Assembly: GCA_041651735.1 (NCBI GenBank)
Contig: JBAZIR010000002.1
Location: forward strand, 1-58,696
Length of the DNA: 58,696 bases
Reading direction: 5' to 3'
Source: Verrucomicrobiia bacterium
Lineage (GTDB): Bacteria; Verrucomicrobiota; Verrucomicrobiia; CAIQCK01
Of the stretch, positions 45,301 through 53,108 are shown one piece after another. Each line of letters starts with the position of its first letter. The first letter of the stretch is position 1. The position numbers were made by a program, and so were the translations under genes. Under the pieces are notes generated by a model. It searched no databases. It was not told the DNA's origin and saw nothing but the letters and a program-made list of their open reading frames with translations.

Positions 45301-45535
45301 GCCCATCTTGATGACCTCGTTCGCGTTCATCCTCGGCTGCGTGCCGCTGGCCATTGCAAGCGGTTCCGGCGCTCTCGCGCGGCAGGTGATGGGCACGGTG
45401 GTCATCGGCGGCATGTTGGCCGCCACCGGCATCGCCATCTTCCTGATTCCCGTCATGTTCTATCTGGTGGAGAAATGGAGCCGAAAGAAAACCGTGACGG
45501 TTGAACCCACAGCCAGTCACCCATTGACGCAATGA
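42386..45535 (+). CDS. RND (HAE1) efflux permease, copy 2 (tandem paralog)
   Basis: [14 protein letters not shown]... The same [12 protein letters not shown] and [14 protein letters not shown] motifs are present. 76 of the first 101 residues are identical to copy 1 by my hand count. 1049 aa. Confidence 0.95.
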   Translation: [1049 protein letters not shown]

Positions 45536-47067
45536 CTAAAGCAACTCCAAATTCCAATTTCCAAACAGACGGCGACGCAGGCAAGTTGTCTGCCGGATCC
45601 CCCATGCGCCGACGCGCGCAGCGAAGTCCCTGGTCATGGGTGATTGCTCATTCCCTGCTCGTGGGGATTGGATCACTGGTCATCTTCCAGAGCGGCTGTG
45701 CGATCGGGCCGGATTACAAGCGGCCGGCCGTGGCCTCACCCGCCAACTTCCGCAGCGCCACCACGCTTGCGACGACGAACTCGCTGGCCGACGTGGCGTG
45801 GTGGGATATCTACAAGGACGATACGCTGAAGGTTCTCATCCGAACCGCGCTGACAAACAACTATGACGTGCTCATCGCCGCGACGCGCATCGAGCAGGCC
45901 CGCCAGTCGGCCGCACAGGCACGCGCCCAGTTCTTCCCGACGGTCAACTATCAGGGCAATGTCAGCAAAGGAAAGAACGAGATGCTTGGCAACGCCAGCC
46001 CTCGAGACGGCCTGGACGCCAGCACCGCGCTGATGGGGATCAATGCAGCCTGGGAACTGGATCTTTGGGGGCGCATCCGCCGTCTCAACGAATCAGCCCG
46101 CGCGCAATACCTTGCCAGCGAGGAGGCTCGCAACGGCGTCATACTGAGCCTGGTCAGCTCGGTGGCCCAGTCTTATTTCCAACTTCTGGAACTTGACCTC
46201 GCGCTCGACATCGCCAAACGCACGACGACTTCCTTTGGCGAAACCTATCGGTTGTTCTACCGAAAACTCGTGGGAGGCGCTGCCTCACTGCTCGACACCT
46301 CCCGCGCGGAAGCCTCGATGGCCACGGCCGCTGCGACTATTCCCGATATCGAGCGTCAGATCGTCCTCAAGGAAAACCAAATCAGCATTCTCCTCGGCCG
46401 CGCGCCCGGCCCGATCCCACGCAGCGCGAAGCTGCTGGACCAGATCATGCCGCCCGCCGTGCCCGCAGGCCTGCCCAGCACGCTTCTTGAACGCCGGCCC
46501 GACATCCGCCAGGCCGAACAGAACTTGCGTTCTGCCAACGCGCAGATCGGCGTCACGATGGCGGAGTTCCTGCCCAAGATCGGCCTGACGACTCTCGCCG
46601 GAAAAATCAGCCCGGATCTCTCCTCGTTGGCCATGAGTGGCGGCTCGGCCGGCACGTGGTCGATCGCCGCCAATGCAACGGGACCCATCTTCCAAGGCGG
46701 CAAGTTGATTGCCCAATACCGCCAAGCCAAGGCTGCACGTGATGAAGCGCTGCTCGCCTACCAGCAAACCGCGCTCAACGCCTTGAGCGATGTTGCCAAT
46801 GCTCTTATTGCGCGGGAAAAACTCGAAGGGGTTCGCCTGCAGCAGGCGAAGTCGGTGCGGGCGTATCAAGAAGCTGTGAGTGTTTCGATGAAGCGCTACA
46901 TGGCCGGCAAGGCCAGCTACCTGGACGTTCTGAATGCCCAGGAGCAATTGTTCCCTGCTGAAAACGCGCTTGCACAAACCGAACTGAATCAGTTACTAGC
47001 GATTGTTCAGCTTTACAGTGCTCTCGGCGGTGGCTGGCAGCAAACCCAGCCCGCCGTCCAAAAATAA
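45532..47067 (+). CDS. RND efflux outer-membrane factor lipoprotein (NodT/OprM family)
   Basis: ATGA overlap with RND copy 2. Lipobox VIFQSGCAIGPDYKRP. Typical ...WWDIYKDDTL...DLWGRIRR... motifs. An internal start at 45604 (MRRRAQRS) is possible. Confidence 0.9.
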   Translation: MTKATPNSNFQTDGDAGKLSAGSPMRRRAQRSPWSWVIAHSLLVGIGSLVIFQSGCAIGPDYKRPAVASPANFRSATTLATTNSLADVAWWDIYKDDTLKVLIRTALTNNYDVLIAATRIEQARQSAAQARAQFFPTVNYQGNVSKGKNEMLGNASPRDGLDASTALMGINAAWELDLWGRIRRLNESARAQYLASEEARNGVILSLVSSVAQSYFQLLELDLALDIAKRTTTSFGETYRLFYRKLVGGAASLLDTSRAEASMATAAATIPDIERQIVLKENQISILLGRAPGPIPRSAKLLDQIMPPAVPAGLPSTLLERRPDIRQAEQNLRSANAQIGVTMAEFLPKIGLTTLAGKISPDLSSLAMSGGSAGTWSIAANATGPIFQGGKLIAQYRQAKAARDEALLAYQQTALNALSDVANALIAREKLEGVRLQQAKSVRAYQEAVSVSMKRYMAGKASYLDVLNAQEQLFPAENALAQTELNQLLAIVQLYSALGGGWQQTQPAVQK

Positions 47068-47109
47068 CGAAGTCAAATCTGCAACCATAACCCATAACCA
47101 TAGAAACTC

Positions 47110-47883
47110 ATGAAAACCTCCATCAGCGTTTGGATTCGTTCAACTGTCTGGATCGCGCTCGCCTGCCTGCCAGGATATGCCATCGGACAACAACCCCCGC
47201 CGTCGGAACAGATCGTCAGGGCATTGCCGGCAACCCCCGCCGCCCAAAGGCCGTCGATCATCTTCGTGACCGATTTCCATTTGGATGCGAGCCAGATCAA
47301 GCACAAGGGGTTGCTCGGCGGCGAGAGGCAGGGTCTTCTCGGTGGACGACGCCCGCTTCAGCACAACAGCGATCCGGCTGACAAGGCCACGTCGTTGGCT
47401 CACATGCTCTCAAATACAATCGTCACGGGCTTGAGAAAAGCGGGTTTCCGTTCCGAATATCTCCAGGAAATCCATACCGTATACTACCCGGGACAGTCCG
47501 ACAGCCGGATTCAGTTCGCCGCAAGCAATGCGCCGCTGCCGAGAGAAGGCTGGTTGCTCACCGGCTGGTTCGAGGAGATCCAGGAAGGCCAGTCTGCCGT
47601 CAAGGCCACCGTGGGTTTTGGCGCTGGCGCCGGCAAAGCAGAAGCTGACATCGCCGTGTCCGACCTCGCCCGCGACCCGAGCCTGCCCATCATGGTCATG
47701 GGGTCCGGCAACCGTGCCAAGAAAATGCCTGGCGGTCTCATCATGATGAACCCCTACGTGATGGCCGCCAAGTTCGTCATTGACAAACGGCACGGCACCG
47801 AAAAAGATGTAAAAAGTCTGGGTGCTGAGATCGTTAAAGGCGTGGTCGCTTACATCAATCAGGGTTCCGTAAAGCCACAGTAA
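47110..47883 (+). CDS. secreted hypothetical protein, DUF4410-like
   Basis: Signal peptide MKTSISVWIRSTVWIALACLPGYAIG. ...GWLLTGWFEEIQEGQSAVKATVGFGAGAGKAEADIAVSDL resembles DUF4410 as I recall it. The family call is tentative. Confidence 0.45.
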   Translation: MKTSISVWIRSTVWIALACLPGYAIGQQPPPSEQIVRALPATPAAQRPSIIFVTDFHLDASQIKHKGLLGGERQGLLGGRRPLQHNSDPADKATSLAHMLSNTIVTGLRKAGFRSEYLQEIHTVYYPGQSDSRIQFAASNAPLPREGWLLTGWFEEIQEGQSAVKATVGFGAGAGKAEADIAVSDLARDPSLPIMVMGSGNRAKKMPGGLIMMNPYVMAAKFVIDKRHGTEKDVKSLGAEIVKGVVAYINQGSVKPQ

Positions 47884-47947
47884 AACACCGGAACGCAATA
47901 CCCCAAAACCGCTCGTCATCTGTCATATCATGACAAGGAGAACCGAT

Positions 47948-48640
47948 ATGAAAACGAAGTTGCTGAATGTCGCCCTGCTAATTACGGCCGGCCTGTTGAT
48001 GGCCGCGTGTTCGTCCGCTCCGAAGAACGCAAAATATTCCGACGTGCCCGATGCGGACAAACTGCAATCGAACACCCAGTTCCCCCATAGTCTCGTCTAT
48101 ATAAAGGAAGGCGCGAAGTTCGCGCAGTATTCCAAGTTCATCATCGGCCCGGTCGAGATCTACCAGGGTTCCGGCGCAAGCTGGCACAAGGGCAAAGTCA
48201 CCGGGCAAATGAAACAGGACCTAGTGCAGTTCGCGCAGACCGAATTTGTCCGCGTGCTGGGGCCGAAGTATCCGATCGTGAATCAGCCCGGTCCGGATGT
48301 GCTTCGCCTCAGGCTGATGTTGACGGACGTGGAACTGACCACACCCACGATGGCTGTGGTGTCCCATTTCTCTCCCATCGGCATGGGTGTGAATCTGATG
48401 AAGAGCGGCGCGGGCGCGCAGGGCTCGTTCATCGGTTCTGTCACCATGGCCGGCGAACTGCGCGACTCTTCGTCCGACACCGTGCTTGCCGCGTTCCTGA
48501 CGAAGCAAACACCGCTGGCCGTGGATTTGAGCAAGACGGTTGGCAACCTTTCCGCTGCTCGTGACGGCATCACCGCGACCGCCGAGAGATTCAAGGCCGC
48601 CATGGATCGCCGCCATGGCGTGGCCGCCCCCGGACCCTAG
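47948..48640 (+). CDS. DUF3313 family lipoprotein
   Basis: Start at ATG 47948. Lipobox LLITAGLLMAACSS. QYSKFIIGPVEIY...LGPKYPIVNQPGPDVLRLRLMLTDVE is DUF3313-like. Confidence 0.6.
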   Translation: MKTKLLNVALLITAGLLMAACSSAPKNAKYSDVPDADKLQSNTQFPHSLVYIKEGAKFAQYSKFIIGPVEIYQGSGASWHKGKVTGQMKQDLVQFAQTEFVRVLGPKYPIVNQPGPDVLRLRLMLTDVELTTPTMAVVSHFSPIGMGVNLMKSGAGAQGSFIGSVTMAGELRDSSSDTVLAAFLTKQTPLAVDLSKTVGNLSAARDGITATAERFKAAMDRRHGVAAPGP

Positions 48641-48733
48641 TGGACGAGGCGATAGTTGCTCCGCCCACTGCAAGGGCGATGCCTGGCCAGGGCAGCCGCA
48701 GAACCTGTCGCGTCACGAGACGTGACGAGGACT

Positions 48734-50209
48734 ATGAGATTGTCCAAAGGCAAATCGGACGAGGGTGGGGGAACGTCCCCGGGCGTGCGTGAGCCCGCGG
48801 TGGCAGGAACGTTTTATCCCGGCGACGCCAAAACGCTCGGCGCGATGGTTGAGAAGCATCTCGCCGCCGCGCCCGCCGCGCTTGATTTGCCGGGACAGCC
48901 GCTCGCCATGATCTGCCCCCACGCCGGCTATGTCTACAGCGGCCCGACTGCCGCCGCGAATTACAAGCTGCTCCGGCCCGGCCAGTATGCGCGCGTCATC
49001 TTGCTCGCGCCGAGCCATTGCGCGTTGTTGAATGGCGCGAGCACCGGTGACTTCACTGCGTTCCGCACCCCGCTCGGCGACGTGCCGGTGGACACGGCGG
49101 CGATTGCTGCATTACGCAGGTGCGAACTGGTGAGCGACCAGGCCGAACCGCAGGCGCGCGAGCATTCGCTGGAGGTGCAGTTGCCGTTTCTGCAAAAAGC
49201 GCTCGGCCAGTTCAGCCTCGTGCCGCTCGTTCTCGGCAACGTGGCGTCGCGCGAGCGTGACACGCTGGCCGCTGCGCTGCTGCCGCTGTGGGACGAACGC
49301 ACGCTGGTCGTGGCCAGCAGCGATTTCTGTCACTACGGGCCCAGCTTCGATTTTGAGCCGTTCGGCAGGACGGATCGCGAGCATATCGCCCAACTCGACC
49401 GCGAGGGCATTGACCGGATTCTGGCGCTGGACGCGGCCGGTTTCGAGAGCTACATGGCACGCACCCGCAACACCATCTGCGGCGAGGCGCCCATCGGCGT
49501 GTTGTTGAGGCTTGCGAAGCTGCGACAGACGCCGCCGCAACCGGTGCTGGTGGCTTACGCTCTCTCTGGCGATATCGAGCGTGACTACGAACACTCCGTC
49601 AGCTACGCCGCCATCGCGTTTTGCGAACCCGGCGGCACGGTGGCTCAGACCGGGTTGTTCAGCGCCGACGAGAAACGCACGCTTCTGGAAATCGCCCGCC
49701 GCGCCATCGAACAGGCTGTCGTCGAGCGTATCCGGAAACCGGGCGTCGATGAATCCCGCCTCGCAGACCGCCTGATGCAGCCCGGTGCGGCGTTCGTCAC
49801 GCTGACCGAGGACGGCGAACTGCGCGGCTGCATCGGAACCATCGAGGCTGACGAGCCGCTGGCGCTTTGCGTCGCGAACAACGCCGTCAGTGCCGCCGCG
49901 CGCGACCCGCGTTTTTCTCCCGTCGGCGCCGACGAGTTGCCGCGCATTCACATCGAGATCAACGTCCTCTCGCCCGCGCATCGCGTGCACGGCATCGAGG
50001 AATTCGTGATCGGCAAGCACGGCATCATTTTGGAGAAGAATGGCCGCCGCGCGCTCTTCCTGCCGGAGGTCATGGTCGAGCAACGCTGGACGCCGGAAGA
50101 AACGCTTGTTCACCTCTGCCTCAAAGCCGGTCTGCCGCACGACGCCTGGCGCAGCGGCTGCACGCTCTCTTGTTTCGAGACGGAAGCGTTTGGGGAGAGT
50201 AACTCGTGA
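48734..50209 (+). CDS. Memo-like (AmmeMemoRadiSam protein B) fused to AMMECR1 (protein A)
   Basis: N-terminal half: REPAVAGTFYPGD...MICPHAGYVYSGPTAAANY...ILLAPSH...SSDFCHYG (Memo/extradiol-dioxygenase-B-like). C-terminal half: GAAFVTLTEDGELRGCIGTIE...AARDPRFSPV...ILEKNGRRALFLPEV (AMMECR1). Start taken at ATG 48734. Confidence 0.85.
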   Translation: MRLSKGKSDEGGGTSPGVREPAVAGTFYPGDAKTLGAMVEKHLAAAPAALDLPGQPLAMICPHAGYVYSGPTAAANYKLLRPGQYARVILLAPSHCALLNGASTGDFTAFRTPLGDVPVDTAAIAALRRCELVSDQAEPQAREHSLEVQLPFLQKALGQFSLVPLVLGNVASRERDTLAAALLPLWDERTLVVASSDFCHYGPSFDFEPFGRTDREHIAQLDREGIDRILALDAAGFESYMARTRNTICGEAPIGVLLRLAKLRQTPPQPVLVAYALSGDIERDYEHSVSYAAIAFCEPGGTVAQTGLFSADEKRTLLEIARRAIEQAVVERIRKPGVDESRLADRLMQPGAAFVTLTEDGELRGCIGTIEADEPLALCVANNAVSAAARDPRFSPVGADELPRIHIEINVLSPAHRVHGIEEFVIGKHGIILEKNGRRALFLPEVMVEQRWTPEETLVHLCLKAGLPHDAWRSGCTLSCFETEAFGESNS

Positions 50210-50278
50210 CTCGTGATTCGTGATCTGTAAACGGCAACTGGATTCGACTGAGCTACGGATTACGAATCACGGATCACC
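50205..50278. repeat. imperfect 21-nt inverted repeat built from TCGTGAY heptads; possible bidirectional terminator
   Basis: Left arm cgtgactcgtgattcgtgatc (50205-50225, overlapping the TGA stop) against right arm gattacgaatcacggatcacc (50258-50278). 17 of 21 positions are complementary, with a 32-nt loop. It lies between convergent genes and has no U-tract. Confidence 0.4.
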
Positions 50279-50297
50279 AGTCGCCAGCCCCATTTGC

Positions 50298-51659
50298 TCA
50301 AAACACCAACCCCTCCACGCGAATCGGCTTTCCCGGCGCCACGTGCCGCAGGATCGGTGAACTCCACCCGTCCCAGTCGCCGCATGTCGCATAAACTTCC
50401 TGCGACACCGTTGAACGCGCCAGCCGGCCATCGCCCAGCCGGGCCTCGATGTAAAAACTGCCGACCAGGAACTTCTCGCCGTGGGGGTTCTCGATCACGA
50501 TCTCGTTCTCCAGCGCAAGGGCGCTGAGTTTTTCCGGCGGCACGGCCACCGCCATATGGCAGTCGAAACAAGTCAGCGGTGGTGTGCCGCCGATCGGCAC
50601 GCCGTTCAACAACACCCGCTTCTCCGGGTCGAAGCACTTGTAGCCGGCCATGAACACGCGCGCTTCCCGCACGTCGCGCAACTCCTCCGCGCCCAGCCCG
50701 ACGCGCGGAGGAGACTCCGGCCGCTTCGCACATACCACCCGCCCGGCCTCGCTCCACTCCAGCACGCCCGACGCGTCACGGCCGAGTAATCGCCACTCCG
50801 CGCGAACCCGCGAGCCGGCGACGGTGATGAGATACCACGACGGCGCGCAATCTTCGACGAAGCCCCACAGATAATCGTAGCTGTGGCGCGACACCGCTGA
50901 CGGCCGCACTTCGTGCAGCGGCACCAGCGGCGCTTGCGGATAACCCAGGATCGTCGTTTCCAGTTGCAGCAGCGGGTTGCGAACGTTGCGGTGCAGCGTC
51001 GCGGCGTGGTTGTGCGAGTGCCCGCAGAAAAACGCGTCCACGCGGCAGCGGTCCAGCAGCGGCAGTGTCACGTCCAGCATCGGCTTGAGACCCCAAAACG
51101 GCCGGCCGACTGTGAATAACGGCGCATGCGAAAACAAGAATGTCCGCGCACCGCGTTCCTTCGCTCCTTTCAACTCCGCCTCCAACCACGCCGCCTGCGG
51201 CGAGCCAGGGCGGAGATTCACGTCGTCCACAACGATGAACCGCGTGTCGCCGTGGTCGAACGCGTAATGAAACGTCGTCAGCGGCCGCCCCTTGCCACCC
51301 GCCAGCGCCAGCAGCCGTTCGCGCAACTCCGGCATCACTACCTCGCGCAGCGCCGGCTCGCGGTCGTGGTTTCCTTTGACGAACCAGACAGGGCAGCCGC
51401 AGCCGCCCCGAAGCAGACCGAGTGCCTCACGCAGTTCCGCCGATTGCAGCGACGGGTCGCGTGAGCCCTCGACAAAGTCGCCGAGCTGCACGAGAAACGC
51501 CGGCTTCTCCGCCGCGATCTCCGCCAACAGGCGCGGCCAGACGTTCTCCATCATCCACGCGTAGCGCCGGTAAGCGTCGTCGCGGTTTTCCTCAGCGTGA
51601 TACTTCGGGCTGACAAAATGACAGTCGCCGATGACTGCAAATCGAAAAACATCAGACAT
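50298..51659 (-). CDS. calcineurin-like metallophosphoesterase with ~170-aa uncharacterised C-terminal domain
   Basis: Start at ATG 51659 (MSDVFRFAVIGDCHF). Motifs GDCH, GDFVEG, GNHD, FSHAP, GHSHNH. Confidence 0.75.
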   Translation of the reverse strand: MSDVFRFAVIGDCHFVSPKYHAEENRDDAYRRYAWMMENVWPRLLAEIAAEKPAFLVQLGDFVEGSRDPSLQSAELREALGLLRGGCGCPVWFVKGNHDREPALREVVMPELRERLLALAGGKGRPLTTFHYAFDHGDTRFIVVDDVNLRPGSPQAAWLEAELKGAKERGARTFLFSHAPLFTVGRPFWGLKPMLDVTLPLLDRCRVDAFFCGHSHNHAATLHRNVRNPLLQLETTILGYPQAPLVPLHEVRPSAVSRHSYDYLWGFVEDCAPSWYLITVAGSRVRAEWRLLGRDASGVLEWSEAGRVVCAKRPESPPRVGLGAEELRDVREARVFMAGYKCFDPEKRVLLNGVPIGGTPPLTCFDCHMAVAVPPEKLSALALENEIVIENPHGEKFLVGSFYIEARLGDGRLARSTVSQEVYATCGDWDGWSSPILRHVAPGKPIRVEGLVF

Positions 51660-51718
51660 GGTGCAATCTAACCAACTTTCGGCAGCGGCGGGAAAGATTT
51701 TGTTGGGGAAAATCGCGG

Positions 51719-52909
51719 TCAGCACCTGTCGCGGGCCGCGATGAGAGCCAACTGTTCCATGGGCGGCATCGCGCGCACTTCGCGCACCACCTCGATCACG
51801 CGGCGTGCGGCGTAGTCCACTTCCTCTTCCGTCGTGAACCGGCCCAAGCCAAAACGGATCGAGCTATGCGCCAGCGAACGCTTCACGCCCATCGCCCGCA
51901 ACACGTGCGATCGCTCCACCGCCGCAGTCGTGCATGCCGACGCCGACGAGACGGCCACGTCTTTCATCGTCGCCATGACCGCTTCCGCCGTCGCGCCGGC
52001 GAAGCTCAGGTTCAGGTTGCCCGCGAGCCGTTCGGTGGGATGACCGTTCAGGAAGACTTTCTCAAGCGACTCGGCGATCTTCGCGCGGAGCCGGTCGCGC
52101 AACCGGCAGACGCGCGCGGTTTCCTCCGCCATCCCCTGCCGGCAAATTTCGCATGCCTTGCCGAAACCAACCACGCCGGGAACGTTGAGCGTGCCGGAGC
52201 GCAAGCCCGACTCGTGGCCGCCGCCGTCCATCTGGGGTGACACGCGGACGCCTCGCCGCACGTAGAGCGCCCCGATGCCTTTCGGGCCGCAGAGCTTGTG
52301 TGCGGTGAACGAAAGCAGGTCCACACCCAGCGCTTCGACATCGAGCGGGATTTTTCCGGCGGCCTGCGCTGCGTCGGTGTGGAGCAGCACGCGTCGCTCG
52401 CGCGTGATGCGGCCGATCTCCGCCAGCGGCGCGAGCGTGCCCACTTCGTTGTTCGCAGCCATCACGCTGACGAGGACAGTGCGGTCGGTGATCGCCGTGC
52501 GCAGGGCATCCAGCGAAACCATGCCGTGCGGGTCCACGGGCAGGAGAGCAACGCTGACGCCGTCACGCTCCAGCCGCTTGCAAGCGTCAAGCACGGCGCG
52601 ATGCTCCGTCGTCACGGTGATGATGTGGTTGCCCTTGTCGCGGCAGGCCTGCGCGACACCTTTGATCGCAAGATTGTCCGACTCCGTCGCGCCGCTGGTG
52701 AAGACAATCTCCTCCGGTGATCGCGTGCCGATCAGCGCCGCCACCTGCGCGCGCGCCGCGTCCACCGCCTCCGCCGCGCGCCAGCCGAAGACATGCGTGC
52801 GGCTCGCGGCGTTGCCAAAGTGCTCCGAAAAGAACGGCAGCATCGCCTCCAATACGCGCGGATCCACCGGCGTGGTGGCGTGGTAGTCGAGATAGATGGG
52901 CGGCTTCAT
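51719..52909 (-). CDS. cysteine desulfurase (NifS/IscS class I)
   Basis: Start at ATG 52909 (MKPPIYLDYHATTPVDPRV). ...FTSGATESDNLAIKG...SFTAHKLCGPKGIGALYV (PLP Lys)...SSASACTTAAVERSHVLRAMG (catalytic Cys loop). Confidence 0.9.
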   Translation of the reverse strand: MKPPIYLDYHATTPVDPRVLEAMLPFFSEHFGNAASRTHVFGWRAAEAVDAARAQVAALIGTRSPEEIVFTSGATESDNLAIKGVAQACRDKGNHIITVTTEHRAVLDACKRLERDGVSVALLPVDPHGMVSLDALRTAITDRTVLVSVMAANNEVGTLAPLAEIGRITRERRVLLHTDAAQAAGKIPLDVEALGVDLLSFTAHKLCGPKGIGALYVRRGVRVSPQMDGGGHESGLRSGTLNVPGVVGFGKACEICRQGMAEETARVCRLRDRLRAKIAESLEKVFLNGHPTERLAGNLNLSFAGATAEAVMATMKDVAVSSASACTTAAVERSHVLRAMGVKRSLAHSSIRFGLGRFTTEEEVDYAARRVIEVVREVRAMPPMEQLALIAARDRC

Positions 52910-53108
52910 CCGTCGCGGGCAGTCATGGGCATTCTGAAACAGTTTCCACGTCCCGGAAGCTAGCGCACGGGTTCCGGGATGCCAAGCCTCCACGGAAACC
53001 TGCCGCAAGGCCCGGGGTGGGGCCGTCTATCGTCGCACCGATGACTGGCATCAACTGCATGGCCGTGTTGAAGACGCCAGGCCCAGCTCGATGAACCGCT
53101 GGTTCATT

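Noticed and set aside
51660-51725. Longer start (51725) for the metallophosphoesterase, overlapping the cysteine desulfurase stop.
   Set aside because: The extra 22 residues (MLTAIFPNKIFPAAAESWLDCT) precede the conserved MSDVFRFAVIGDCHF N-terminus typical of the family, so ATG 51659 is preferred. The longer form is not strictly excluded.
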